Part shown: piece by piece, positions 37,275 through 47,310 of the stretch | Position numbering within the stretch: position 1 is the stretch's first letter | How the letters are laid out: each line of letters begins with the position of its first letter | From: Candidatus Acidiferrales bacterium | GTDB lineage: Bacteria; Acidobacteriota; Terriglobia; Acidiferrales; UBA7541 | Assembly: GCA_035272605.1 (NCBI GenBank) | Contig: DATEQM010000016.1 | Coordinates: 1 to 61,233 of the forward strand | Direction of reading: 5' to 3' | DNA length: 61,233 nucleotides | Made by a program: the position numbers and the translations under genes | Notes under the pieces: generated by a model | What the model was told of the DNA's origin: nothing | The model's input: only the letters and a program-made list of their open reading frames with translations | Database searches by the model: none

Positions 37275-38573
37275 TCAGAGCCACGAGGCGAGCTTCGTCC
37301 CCGGCATCAAAAAAGTGGCGTCCCGCTCCGGGCCCGTCGAAATCATCCCAATCTCAACGCCCAGCGCATCCGAGATGAATTTCAGATAGTCCCGCGCCGC
37401 GCCGGGCAGCGCCCCGGGATCCTTCAGGCCGCTGGTGGGCGCGCGCCAGCCCGGCAGCGTGCGGTATTCCGGCGTCACCTTCTCCAATGTCTCGACGTCG
37501 GGCGGCATCTCCGTGAGCGGCGTCCCTTTGTAGCGGTAGCCGGTGCCCACTTGAATCTCGGGCTGCGCGTCGAATACGTCGAGTTTCGTCACCACCAGCG
37601 AATCAATCCCGTTGATTTGAATCGCGTACCGCAGCATCACCGCGTCCAGCCAGCCGCACCGCCGCGGCCGGCCCGTCACCGCTCCGAACTCCTGGCCTCG
37701 CTTCCGCAGTGCGTCTCCTTCCAGGTCCGGCATCTCCGTGGGAAAAGGGCCGCCGCCCACGCGCGTCGTGTACGCCTTGGTGATTCCCGCCACGCCGGTA
37801 ATGCTGCGCGGCGGCAGGCCCAGCCCCGTCGCCGCGCCGCCCGCCGTCGCATTCGACGAGGTGACGAAGGGATACGTGCCGTGGTCGATGTCCAGCATGG
37901 TCCCCTGCGCGCCTTCCAGCAGCAACCGCTTCCCTTCCCCCAGCGCGCGATGCAGCAGCGCCGCCGTGTCCGCCACGAACGGCCGCAGGCGCGCTCCGAG
38001 CTGCTCGTACTGTTCGGCCAGCCCGGCAACCTCGAGCCCCTGCCCGAACGCGGCCCGGCATATCCCGTCCTTCTCCGCAATCACGCTGGCGAGCTTCTCG
38101 CGAAAGCCCGCAGTATCCATCAGATCGCACACGCGAAGGCCGCGCCGCGACATTTTGTCCTCGTAGCTCGGGCCGATTCCTCGCGACGTTGTGCCGATCT
38201 TCGCCGCGCCCCGCGCGGCCTCCGCCGCCTTCTCCATCTGCCGGTGGTAGGGAAAAATCAGGTGCGCGCGGTTGCTCAGGAAGAGCCGCCCGGTAGCGTC
38301 AATCCCCGCCTTCGCCAGCGAATCCATCTCCGCCACCAGCGCCGCAGGGTCCACCACCACGCCCGGGCCGATCACCGCGCGTTTTCCCGGCCGCAGGATT
38401 CCGCAGGGGATAAGCTGAAGGATAAAGCGGTGGCCGTTGAAGATCACCGTATGGCCAGCATTGTGCCCGCCGCTGTAGCGCGCCACGTAGTCAAACGAGC
38501 CGGCCAGGTAATCCACAACTTTGCCCTTGCCCTCGTCCCCCCACTGCGCCCCGACAATGACCACTGCCGCCAT
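37275..38573 (-). CDS. purA: Adenylosuccinate synthase
   Basis: VVIVGAQWGDEGKGKVVD P-loop, GHNAGHT, TTRGIGP-like TSRGIGPSY. ATG at 38573. Confidence 0.95.
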   Translation of the reverse strand: MAAVVIVGAQWGDEGKGKVVDYLAGSFDYVARYSGGHNAGHTVIFNGHRFILQLIPCGILRPGKRAVIGPGVVVDPAALVAEMDSLAKAGIDATGRLFLSNRAHLIFPYHRQMEKAAEAARGAAKIGTTSRGIGPSYEDKMSRRGLRVCDLMDTAGFREKLASVIAEKDGICRAAFGQGLEVAGLAEQYEQLGARLRPFVADTAALLHRALGEGKRLLLEGAQGTMLDIDHGTYPFVTSSNATAGGAATGLGLPPRSITGVAGITKAYTTRVGGGPFPTEMPDLEGDALRKRGQEFGAVTGRPRRCGWLDAVMLRYAIQINGIDSLVVTKLDVFDAQPEIQVGTGYRYKGTPLTEMPPDVETLEKVTPEYRTLPGWRAPTSGLKDPGALPGAARDYLKFISDALGVEIGMISTGPERDATFLMPGTKLASWL

Positions 38574-38868
38574 TCTTCGCCCTCGCCCACTCCCGTCGTT
38601 CGACCTGCGATGCTCCTGTGCCCCGGCCCCGTCGCGCGACCGCACGCTCCCCCGCTCGGCTCTCAAAAAAATCAGCGATCTGGCTGCCGGAGAAGCAAAG
38701 TCAGGCGGGAACGGTCATCCAATGAAGTATCGTACCCTTGGAATCCGGCCGGACGCAATTGCAAAACCGCGGCACGAGTCTTGTTTCACTACGGAAATAT
38801 ATCCGCAACGGGAAGAGCGGCAGGGAGAAACTCCTCCCAGCCTCCCTCTAAGCCCTTCCTGTCTCGGG

Positions 38869-39204
38869 TTACTGCGTGTGGCTGCAGACGAACTTCTCGA
38901 CCTCGTCTTTCGGCAGGTTGCCCACGAGTTGCCCCACCACCTGCCCGCCTTTGAACAGCAGCAGCGTGGGGATCCCGCGGATGTTGTATTGCGACGGGGT
39001 CACCGGGCTCTCGTCCACGTTCATTTTGACCACTTTGATCTTGCCGGCGTTCTCCTGCGCCACTTCGGCCACCGTCGGCCCCAGCATCATGCACGGGCGG
39101 CACCATTCCGCCCAGAAGTCCACCATCACCGGCTGCGATTTGCTCGCCTCGATGACATCGGACTTGAAATTCGCGTCGTTCACGTGTCCCACTGCGTCTG
39201 CCAT
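38869..39204 (-). CDS. trxA: Thioredoxin
   Basis: VMVDFWAEWCRPCMM active site (WCRPC variant of WCGPC), GIPTLLLFKGG. Confidence 0.92.
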   Translation of the reverse strand: MADAVGHVNDANFKSDVIEASKSQPVMVDFWAEWCRPCMMLGPTVAEVAQENAGKIKVVKMNVDESPVTPSQYNIRGIPTLLLFKGGQVVGQLVGNLPKDEVEKFVCSHTQ

Positions 39205-39280
39205 GTGTTCCTCTTTTCCCTGACGGTTCTCCCCGTTTCCATCCGCTCTTAGATGCTACACCAAAATACCCGTTACGCCT

Positions 39281-40726
39281 CTAGCCCGCTCGCACCGCCC
39301 GCGCCCGTTCGTACACTTCCACGTATTTCTGCGCCGCACCTTCCCACGAAAAATTCTGGGCCATGGCATTCTGCATCAATTTTCCCCAGGCTTTGCGGTT
39401 CCGGTAGCAGTGCAGCGCCCAGCGCAGCGTGTCCAGCAGGGCCGGTCCGGTGGCGTCCCAGAACTTGAAGCCGGTGCCCCGCCCGGTGTCCAGTTGAAAA
39501 GGCTCCACCGTGTCGTCCAGCCCCCCCGTCCCTCGCACCAGCGGAATCGTCCCGTACCGCATGCTGTACATATGGCTCAGGCCGCAAGGCTCGTAGCGCG
39601 ACGGCATCAGGAACAGGTCCGCGCCCGCCTCGATTTTGTGTGCCAGCGCGTTGTCGAACCCGATGCGCACGCCCACGCGATCCCGCCGCGCGTCCGCCAA
39701 CATCCGGAAGAAGTTTTCGTAGCGGTGCTCGCCCGACCCCAGCGCCACCAAGCACACGTCCTCGTCCAGAAATTCCCGCGCCACCTCCGCGATCAGGTCG
39801 AACCCTTTCTGCTCCACGAACCGCGACACGATTCCCACCGCCATGCGCGTGTTGTTTTCCGCCGGCAGCCGCAGCTCGCGCAGCATGTCCCGCTTGCAGA
39901 TCCCTTTGTTGCTCGTATCCGCCGCTGAGTAGTGTGCCGCGATCCACCGGTCGTTCTCCGGATTCCAGGTGGTGTAGTCCGCCCCGTTCAGAATCCCCGT
40001 CAGCCGCGAAGCCCGCGCGCGCATCACCGCTTCCAGCCCGTAACCAAATTCAGGCGTCTGGATCTCCTCCGCGTATTTCCGGCTCACCGTGGTCAGGAAG
40101 TCCGCAAACAGCAACCCACCCTTCAAAAAGTCTACGCCGCCCCAGAATTCTAGGCCGTTGATGTTGTAAAGGTGGTCCGGCAACCCTGCGCGCCACATCA
40201 CGTCGTGCCCGTAGCGGCCCTGGTAGGCGATGTTGTGGATCGTGAAAACCACCGGGACGCGCTGGAACGCCGGGTCGTACCCGTACTGGCCCCGCAGCAG
40301 CACCGGGACCAGCGCCGTCTGCCAGTCGTGGCAGTGGATCACGTCCGGCGGCCAAAGCTGCTTCGCAACTTCGATCACCGCGCGGCTGAACAGCGTGAAG
40401 CGCTCCGGATTATCCCCAAACGCCCCGCCGAATTCTCCGTAGATTCCCCCGCGGTCGAAGAACTCCGCCGCGTCCACAAAAAAATAACGCACGCCGCGCA
40501 GCGGGTCGCCCTCGCGGATGGCGGGAAAATGCATCCGCGGCCCCACGGGAATGGACAGGCTGGTCAGCGCCACCCGCCGCGCCCCGATTCCCCGGTACAG
40601 CGGCAGCACAACGGCCACGTCGTGGCCCAGCGCGGAGAGCGCTCGCGGCAGCCCTTCCAATACGTCCGCCAGCCCGCCGGTTTTGGCGAACGGAGCCGCC
40701 TCCGAAGCTGCAAAAAGAATTCTCAC
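39281..40726 (-). CDS. glgA: Glycogen synthase (ADP-glucose type)
   Basis: MRILFAASEAAPFAKTGGLADV N-terminus, HCHDWQT, PSRYEPCGL. Confidence 0.93.
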   Translation of the reverse strand: MRILFAASEAAPFAKTGGLADVLEGLPRALSALGHDVAVVLPLYRGIGARRVALTSLSIPVGPRMHFPAIREGDPLRGVRYFFVDAAEFFDRGGIYGEFGGAFGDNPERFTLFSRAVIEVAKQLWPPDVIHCHDWQTALVPVLLRGQYGYDPAFQRVPVVFTIHNIAYQGRYGHDVMWRAGLPDHLYNINGLEFWGGVDFLKGGLLFADFLTTVSRKYAEEIQTPEFGYGLEAVMRARASRLTGILNGADYTTWNPENDRWIAAHYSAADTSNKGICKRDMLRELRLPAENNTRMAVGIVSRFVEQKGFDLIAEVAREFLDEDVCLVALGSGEHRYENFFRMLADARRDRVGVRIGFDNALAHKIEAGADLFLMPSRYEPCGLSHMYSMRYGTIPLVRGTGGLDDTVEPFQLDTGRGTGFKFWDATGPALLDTLRWALHCYRNRKAWGKLMQNAMAQNFSWEGAAQKYVEVYERARAVRAG

Positions 40727-40949
40727 CGGCCTGCAATTGAGGTTCCCACGGTAATGGAAGCGGACGCCACCGTCAATCGCGAGCGCGAGGGATTGCCGGC
40801 CGCTCGTTCAAGACCCTGCTACCTCCAGTTCCATGCTGCAAAGCCCGGGCCGGCACTTTTTTCGTGGACGGGGGGCGGGCCGCGGACTCACCTCACCAGT
40901 TCGGGCCACTCGCCGGTCGAACAGGGAGGCGTAGGCGCCCGCCAAACGC

Positions 40950-41516
40950 TCATTGCTCTGGATTACGCTTCGCCCCCGGGGCAACGAGTTCATGATTTTT
41001 GATGTCGCTGTCGTCGAGCAGTTTTGTCTGCTTCACTTCGTATCCTCCCTGCTCGGGCAGGACGAGCGTGAGCCGGCCGTGACCTTTCCAGACGCCCGGC
41101 TCGATGTCAATCCGGACGTAGTAGTCCTGGCCAGGCTTCATATCCAGGTCGATGCCCGACGCCTTGTCATTCGAACGCATGCTGTGCTTTCCGGGATCGA
41201 GTTTCACGATGAAGAAGCGGCCATTCTCCATGCGTGCGAGCTCACTGTCGTCCGCATAGACGGACGGTTTGAGTCCGGAGCCTACGGACCGGCGCTGCCG
41301 ATAGACGTACAAAGTCACCTTTTCGACAGGAACCGCAGCACCCTCCTGCTTCTGTTTAGCCTGCTGGGGCTTTGAGGCTTCCTTCTCGGCAGGCGGGTTC
41401 TGCTGTTGCGGAGCTTGCGGGATCGCCCACGTCGAACCGATCGCTCCCATCCAGCCGACAACCATCAAAACCACACAAACAGTCTTCATCCTTTTCATGT
41501 GTTTATCTCCTTTCAA
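40950..41516 (-). CDS. Secreted DUF2846-like protein
   Basis: Signal peptide (MKRMKTVCVVLMVVGWMGAIGSTWA), Gln/Pro/Lys-rich linker, then LYVYRQRR...VYADDSELARMENGRFFIVKLDPGKH, as recalled for DUF2846. 4-bp overlap with the upstream reductase gene. Confidence 0.55.
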   Translation of the reverse strand: MKGDKHMKRMKTVCVVLMVVGWMGAIGSTWAIPQAPQQQNPPAEKEASKPQQAKQKQEGAAVPVEKVTLYVYRQRRSVGSGLKPSVYADDSELARMENGRFFIVKLDPGKHSMRSNDKASGIDLDMKPGQDYYVRIDIEPGVWKGHGRLTLVLPEQGGYEVKQTKLLDDSDIKNHELVAPGAKRNPEQ

Positions 41517-42844
41517 CGGAAAGATGCGGCCATCCTCCTGGACGAACTCGTGACTGTCCGCCGCGACGGACGCTGTGAGCCCGCCCCAGCCTTCCGTGCG
41601 GCAAATTCCTGCGAGGGCTCAGGTGGGCTGACCCGAGGGCTGTTCTTGAGGCCGAAGTCGTGCTCTATCGCGTAGGCCATCAGGAGTGCAAATTCCCTGC
41701 GGCCTACCGCCGGACAGGAGAGGCCGTCTCGGCTCAACACCTGCTGCAAGTTCGCGGCATCAAACCGCATTTCCTCGCAGGTAATGTAGGGCGTGTAGGA
41801 GGCCCCCACAGACTTGTAGTAGAACTTCTCCTGACGGTTCTGATCCTCAGGAATCCGCGACACCTGGGTGACTCCGGCGACGCCGACCGCGCGCACCATC
41901 TGCGGGATATATAGCTCGTGGGCCGTCTCTGCATTGTTGACAAGGTGATAGCTCTCGCCGGCGTCACCCTGCTCGCAGACCGAGCAGATCACCTTCGCGG
42001 CGTAATCTGCGGGCACGATATTCAGCCCGCTCGCCCGGTTGTAGCAGATGCGCAGGTCTAACTCGCCGGGCTCTGCGGCGTCCCAAATTCCGGTCTGCTG
42101 GCGTTTCAGGCGCAGCAGGAACGCCGCCCAGGCGTAAAACACGTCAAACTTGCACACCGCTCCCCAGGGGGGCTCCAGAAGCCTTCCGCAGATGGTGGAA
42201 GGGCGGAAATAGCGGCAGCGGGTTCCCGTGCGCGCGGCGAATTGGCGCACCAGCATCTCGGCCTCGAATTTGCTTCGTTCGTATGGATTTCGAAATTGCG
42301 CCGAAGGGTTCACGACGCCGGGTTGAATCCGGCCCGAGGCGCCTCCGCAAACGTAGGCCGTGCTGACATAGCAAAACTCCCTGACAGAGATATCGGACAG
42401 CAAGGCCAGCAGGCGGTGTGTGCCCTCCACGTTTACGCGCCGCAGCGCGGCGACTGCCCCCGGCGTGGAGCGAAAATCGGTGAGACCGGCGAGATGAAAG
42501 AACCAATCGATGGGGCGAGCTTGCAATTCCTGAAGGGAAGGGCCGGCCAAGCCGTGGTTCTCGCAGTCGAAGTCCAGCTCCACGCACCGAATCACGGTGG
42601 AGAGCCGCGACAGGAGGGGCTCGTAAAGATCCTGCCGAATGCCGAGATAGGCGAAGCCGTCCGAGAGCAGAATGCGGCGTAGCCGGTCCTGGAGCGAGAC
42701 GCCCAGGCTGTCTGCCCGACCGAAGACAAATATCTCCAACTCCTCCAAACGCGAGAGATGGCGCTTGAGCAGCTCGAAGATCAGGTTTCGTCCAAGAAGA
42801 CCGGTGGCGCCGGTCATGGCAATTCTGCGTTTTTTCGATTTCAT
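41513..42844 (-). CDS. NAD(P)-dependent reductase, NAD_binding_4 / thioester (fatty acyl) reductase-like SDR
   Basis: From ATG 42844: MKSKKRRIAMTGATGLLGRNL (Rossmann), FHLAG, VSTAYV, catalytic YERSK (YxxxK). Confidence 0.72.
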   Translation of the reverse strand: MKSKKRRIAMTGATGLLGRNLIFELLKRHLSRLEELEIFVFGRADSLGVSLQDRLRRILLSDGFAYLGIRQDLYEPLLSRLSTVIRCVELDFDCENHGLAGPSLQELQARPIDWFFHLAGLTDFRSTPGAVAALRRVNVEGTHRLLALLSDISVREFCYVSTAYVCGGASGRIQPGVVNPSAQFRNPYERSKFEAEMLVRQFAARTGTRCRYFRPSTICGRLLEPPWGAVCKFDVFYAWAAFLLRLKRQQTGIWDAAEPGELDLRICYNRASGLNIVPADYAAKVICSVCEQGDAGESYHLVNNAETAHELYIPQMVRAVGVAGVTQVSRIPEDQNRQEKFYYKSVGASYTPYITCEEMRFDAANLQQVLSRDGLSCPAVGRREFALLMAYAIEHDFGLKNSPRVSPPEPSQEFAARKAGAGSQRPSRRTVTSSSRRMAASFR

Positions 42845-42911
42845 TGCGTTTCCCTCCCCGTTCACTGCCGGAAACCCCGCCAAGACAAGTTCGCTTGCGC
42901 CCTCCAAGAAC

Positions 42912-43658
42912 TCAAAACCAGCCGCTGAACAGAGTCAGCGCGACCGGTGCGGCAAACACAAAGCTCCCGAACCGGTCCAGAACGCCACCGTGGCCGGGCA
43001 GAAGACGGCCAAAGTCCTTGACCCCCCCTCTACGCTTGATCCAGGAGCCGGACAGATCTCCCGCCCATGCTGCTGTGACCAGAACGCCAGACACCGCCAG
43101 GGCCGGCCCGGGGCCGGAATTCAGAAGACCTCGCAATACCTCTGCGGTGACTGCCGCGGCCAAGATTCCACCGATGGCCCCTTCAACGGTCTTGTGGGGA
43201 CTTATGGAAGGGGCGAGGCGGTGCTTGCCGAACAGATGGCCGCAAACTTGGCTGAATCCATCGAACACGGCGACCACCAGGTACACAAATTGAATGCGGC
43301 GCGTTGCGGAAAAGAATGAGAAGAGGAACAGGCCGGAACCGAAGCAACCGTACGCCGCCCAGATCGCGGCGCGCGCTCCCGTTCCAAGTTCGTGCGCGCC
43401 GGCTAGCACGGTGGAGAGCTCGTGGGCGCCGATGGCCAGAAGCAACACAGCGAAACATGAGAAGCCTGCGCGTCCCAGGGCAGCCAGGAGCAGCACGGAG
43501 TTCATCACCAGGAAGTAAATGGCAAACTTCAGCCAGCGTTCCCGCCGCCGGCGCGGCTCCGCCTTGCGGCCGGCAACGTACGTTCCGGCGCCACCGAATG
43601 CGAAGGCTGCCAGGCAGAACCAGAAGACTTCGGCGATCATGGTTGTTGCCGCCCGCAA
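42912..43658 (-). CDS. CdsA-family CTP:lipid-phosphate cytidylyltransferase
   Basis: Polytopic. PHKTVEG and the CdsA signature SWIKRRGGVKDFGRLLPGHGGVLDRF. Confidence 0.8.
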   Translation of the reverse strand: MRAATTMIAEVFWFCLAAFAFGGAGTYVAGRKAEPRRRRERWLKFAIYFLVMNSVLLLAALGRAGFSCFAVLLLAIGAHELSTVLAGAHELGTGARAAIWAAYGCFGSGLFLFSFFSATRRIQFVYLVVAVFDGFSQVCGHLFGKHRLAPSISPHKTVEGAIGGILAAAVTAEVLRGLLNSGPGPALAVSGVLVTAAWAGDLSGSWIKRRGGVKDFGRLLPGHGGVLDRFGSFVFAAPVALTLFSGWF

Positions 43659-44524
43659 ACGAATTCCATGGCTGAGGCCTGCACTCGGATACGGAGAGAG
43701 GTCACTCCGGCGATGAGCTCGCCATCCACCATCAGTTCCTGGGAGCGGCTGAGCGCCAGCGCCGTCTTCGTTTTTGTCGCAAAGGTTGCCGGGCTGTAGA
43801 ACTGCAGCCCGGAAAGCATCGAGAGATTGTGAACAGTCTGCCGGAGGAATCCCGAATGCAATTCCATCACGTCAAAATGGCCGTCATGGCAGCTAGCCCG
43901 GGGCAAGGAAAGGAAATTTCCAAGATGGCGGGTATTGCTGGCGATAAAGCCGGTCAGGAGTTTGCGTCCCGGCGAGCCTGCTCCCTCGACGACCCGCATT
44001 TCTGTTGACGCGGGCCGCAGACAGGCCGCGGCCGCGGCGTATCCGAGCGTGCCAAACCTTCTGAACCGGCCGCCTGCCGAACGAACGACTGCGGCGGGGT
44101 ATCCCACTGCGACCGTGCTGGCGGAGAGCAGCCTTCTCCAGCCTCCGCCGGTTTCCCGGTAAAAAACGTCCATCAGGTCAATGCGCAGCGAGCGGTCGGA
44201 GCGGATGGCTTCAAAACTCAGTGCCGGGGGATACAGGCCCAGATCCCGCGCCAGAGAGTTGCCTCGGCCGGTGGGAATGATCGCGAGTCTCTGCTCGCGA
44301 TGCAGGCACCCGTTGAGCACCTCCAGAAGCGTGCCATCTCCCCCGACGACGGCAATGCCATCGAACTCTCCCGCCTCGATGGCCAGTTGACGCGCATGAC
44401 CGGGATACTCTGTGAAAACCATCTTGCTGGCGAATTGCCGTATTCCCCGGAGAATGGGCACAAGCTTGCGAGGAGACCGGACTCCCCCCGACCGGCGATT
44501 GACGATGGCCAGCCAGTTCCTCAT
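43637..44524 (-). CDS. Diacylglycerol-kinase-family lipid kinase (YegS/LCB5-like)
   Basis: From ATG 44524: MRNWLAIVNRRSGG..., VVGGDGTLLEVLNG, PTGRGNSLAR. The start overlaps the upstream stop (ATGA). Confidence 0.8.
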   Translation of the reverse strand: MRNWLAIVNRRSGGVRSPRKLVPILRGIRQFASKMVFTEYPGHARQLAIEAGEFDGIAVVGGDGTLLEVLNGCLHREQRLAIIPTGRGNSLARDLGLYPPALSFEAIRSDRSLRIDLMDVFYRETGGGWRRLLSASTVAVGYPAAVVRSAGGRFRRFGTLGYAAAAACLRPASTEMRVVEGAGSPGRKLLTGFIASNTRHLGNFLSLPRASCHDGHFDVMELHSGFLRQTVHNLSMLSGLQFYSPATFATKTKTALALSRSQELMVDGELIAGVTSLRIRVQASAMEFVCGRQQP

Positions 44525-45141
44525 GGAATGCTCCTGTCTCTTCCGCGAATGATCCAGTAGAGCCCGCCCACATCCGCTCTCCAGCCGGGCAACAGGCAGA
44601 GCAGCACGAGTTCTTCGGTGTAGGCGGCAGCGCTGAGGACCGTCATGGCATAGAAAAGCCACTGGAAATATCCCCACAGGAACAGGCTCACCACGAAGAA
44701 GCCCTGCAGGTAGGCGGCAACTCTCGTGAGCACCGTGTGGAAACTCGAAATGCGGCCGTAGCGCCACAGGGAAAGTCCCGCTTCGGCGAGATACAGGCCG
44801 ATCACGATGGAAAAAGCCGTACGATGCGAGGCCAAAACCCCGGAGTGAAATGCCCAGAGTCCGGCTACGGCAATCAGGCACACAAGAACGTCGGCTGTGG
44901 AATCCAGGAAAGCGCCCAGGGAAGAGCGCGCATCAAGGGCTCGCGCCAGTAGGCCGTCGGCGATGTCGCTGAGCAAGCAGCCCAGCAAAAGCCACTTGAA
45001 CAATCTCTCGTCCCTGGTCAGAACTGCCAGCAAGAGGATCGGAGCCGCCAGCAGCCTGGCAAGCGAGACCGCATTGGGCGCATAGCGCCAACCATCCCAA
45101 GCCGGGAGTGCTGGTGAGATTTCATCCACTGAGCAATTCAT
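44521..45141 (-). CDS. CDP-alcohol phosphatidyltransferase family protein
   Basis: DIADGLLARALDARSSLGAFLDSTAD matches DG(x)2AR(x)8G(x)3D(x)3D. Probable ATG at 45141 (MNCSVDEIS). Confidence 0.8.
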   Translation of the reverse strand: MNCSVDEISPALPAWDGWRYAPNAVSLARLLAAPILLLAVLTRDERLFKWLLLGCLLSDIADGLLARALDARSSLGAFLDSTADVLVCLIAVAGLWAFHSGVLASHRTAFSIVIGLYLAEAGLSLWRYGRISSFHTVLTRVAAYLQGFFVVSLFLWGYFQWLFYAMTVLSAAAYTEELVLLCLLPGWRADVGGLYWIIRGRDRSIP

Positions 45142-45351
45142 TTGTCCCCCTAGGCGCCGCTTGCGAGAGTCCGAAAAGCGGCTCGCCGAGAGCGACCGTA
45201 GAAGGAAGGTGCGCTGGGGCGCAAGCGACATGGAGCGAATGTCGTCTCGGGACCGTGGATGTCGCACTTTGTCGTGGGTGCTGCCGTTGGATTTGAAGGA
45301 CTTAGGGATTGAGGGTAGAATCCGGCCACGGGATTCTTGTAAGCGCCCAGA

Positions 45352-47185
45352 ATGAGCCAGCCTTCACCCCCGCCCGGCCCGGTTTCGTCCGTTACGGGCA
45401 GCGGCGACCGCCTTGATTCCTGGAAAGAAATCGCCTCGTATCTGAAGCGCGAGGTTCGCACTGCGCAGCGTTGGGAAAAATCGGAGGGCCTGCCCGTCCG
45501 CCGCCATCAGCACGACAAGTTAAGCTCTGTTTTCGCTTACCGCTCGGAGCTGGATGCCTGGTGGCAGGAGCGGCAGCCGGTGCTGGAGAAGGAGCCGGAG
45601 ACCGTGGAAGAAAGCGGGCAGGCGGGCCTGGCGGAGCCAACGGCTGAGGAGTTGCCTCAGCAATCTGTTGAGGAAGCGACTGTCCACAAGCCCTCCCGGC
45701 GAGCGATGGCAATCTTCGCCTTCGTCATAGCCCTCGCCCTCTCGCTTGGCCTCGCCTATCTGCTCCAGAGGGCCAGAAGCAGTGGCCCGCAGGGATTCAC
45801 GAAGACCCGCCTGGTCGTCCTGCCCTTCCGGAATTTGAACGGCGATCCGGCTCAGGAGGTTTTCTGCGAGGGACTCACGGAATCGATGACCACGCAGCTC
45901 GGCCGGCTCGATCCCGAACACCTCGGCGTCATCGCCAGTACCACGGCAACCCTTATTAAGGACAAGACCATAGACAAGATCGGGCGAGAGCTGGACGTCA
46001 AATACGTCCTGGAGGGCAGCGTCTTTCGTTCCGGCGATCATGTGCAGGTTCACGCGCAACTGATTCAGGTGAGCGACCAGACCCACCGCTGGGCAGACAC
46101 CTATAGCCGGGACGTGAGCGACATGTTTTCCGTGCAGAATGACGTTGCCAATGCCATCGCCGCAGAAATCCGCCTCAAAGTGACCCCCGCCGAGCAGGCC
46201 CGGCTTTCCGATGGGCTCAAGATTTCCCCCGGGGCGTACGAGGCCTACCTCCAAGGCTTGGTCAGTTGGAATAAGCGGACGCCGGAAGGGATCCGGAAGA
46301 GCATCGACTACTTTCAACAAGCCATCCAGAAAGATCCCCAGTTTGCCCTCGCCTGGGCAGGCCTCGCCAACGGCTATTCGATTTTGAGCGCAGTTCCCAC
46401 GGACGCGATTCCTCCGCGTGAGGCCATGCCCAAGGCGAAAAAAGCCGCCGAAGAGGCCATCCGGCTCGACCCCGCTTCGGCGGAGGGCCATGCCGCTCTG
46501 GCTCTCGTCCTGTACAGCTACGACTGGGACTGGGAAGGCGCGGAGGAGGAGTTCCAGCGCGCCTTTGCCATCAACCCCTCCTATGGCACCGCCCGCCATT
46601 GGCATTCGCTGCTGCTGCTGGCGCGCGGCCGGCAGCCGGAAGCCCTGGCGGAAATCGAGCTGGCGCGCACGCTCGATCCGCTCTCACCGGTGATCCCTTC
46701 GACCCGAGCCATGGCGCTGTACTGCGCCCGGGACTATGACCGCGTGATCGAAGAAGCCCCCAAAGCTCTTGAAGTCGAGCCGGATTCCTGGCTGCTTCGC
46801 TATCACTAATGCGCAGGCCCTGCTTCAAAAACGCCGCTCTGCCGAGGCCGTAACCCAGATGAAAATGGGCCAGCGCATTTCCGGGGGTGACCCGATCTTC
46901 ACCATGGCGCTCGGTCACGCGTACGGGGTTTCCGGCGACCGCGCCTCCGCAGTGAAATCACTCACGGATTTGAAGGCCATGGCGGAGAAGCGCCGCGTTC
47001 CACCTCTTTACTTTGCTCCCATTTATGTCGGCCTGGGAGATCACGACCAGGCCATGCGCTGGCTGGAAAAGGCCTATGAGGAAAGAATCGACTATCTCGT
47101 CTTTCTGAACGTGGAGCCCATGTCCGACCCGCTCCGTTCTGATCCCCGTTTCCAACAACTGCTCCATCGCATTGGACTTCTCTGA
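45352..47185 (+). pseudogene. HTH-TM-TolB-like-TPR protein split by a frameshift near 46800-46810 (pseudogene, sequencing error or recoding)
   Basis: ORF 45352..46809 ends ...LEVEPDSWLLRYH*. The +1 frame continues the same TPR array as NAQALLQKRRSAEAV...YFAPIYVGLGDHDQAMRWLEKAYEERIDYLVFLNVEPMSDPLRSDPRFQQLLHRIGLL (46769..47185), a typical C-terminus for this protein type. Confidence 0.6.
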
Positions 47186-47310
47186 CTCGCATTCCGGCAC
47201 TTCAATCGCAAAGGCTCTGCCATTTCCGCAGCGTGAACGCCGTGGGGAGCGCCAAACCCTTCCACCGCCAGGGCGGCTGCTAAGAGAAAAGCCTGCTACA
47301 CTCCGGCCCC

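Noticed and set aside
38869-39204. Thioredoxin with WCRPC instead of WCGPC as a possible novelty
   Set aside because: A single-residue active-site variant in an otherwise canonical TrxA. This is likely natural variation and not enough to flag on its own.
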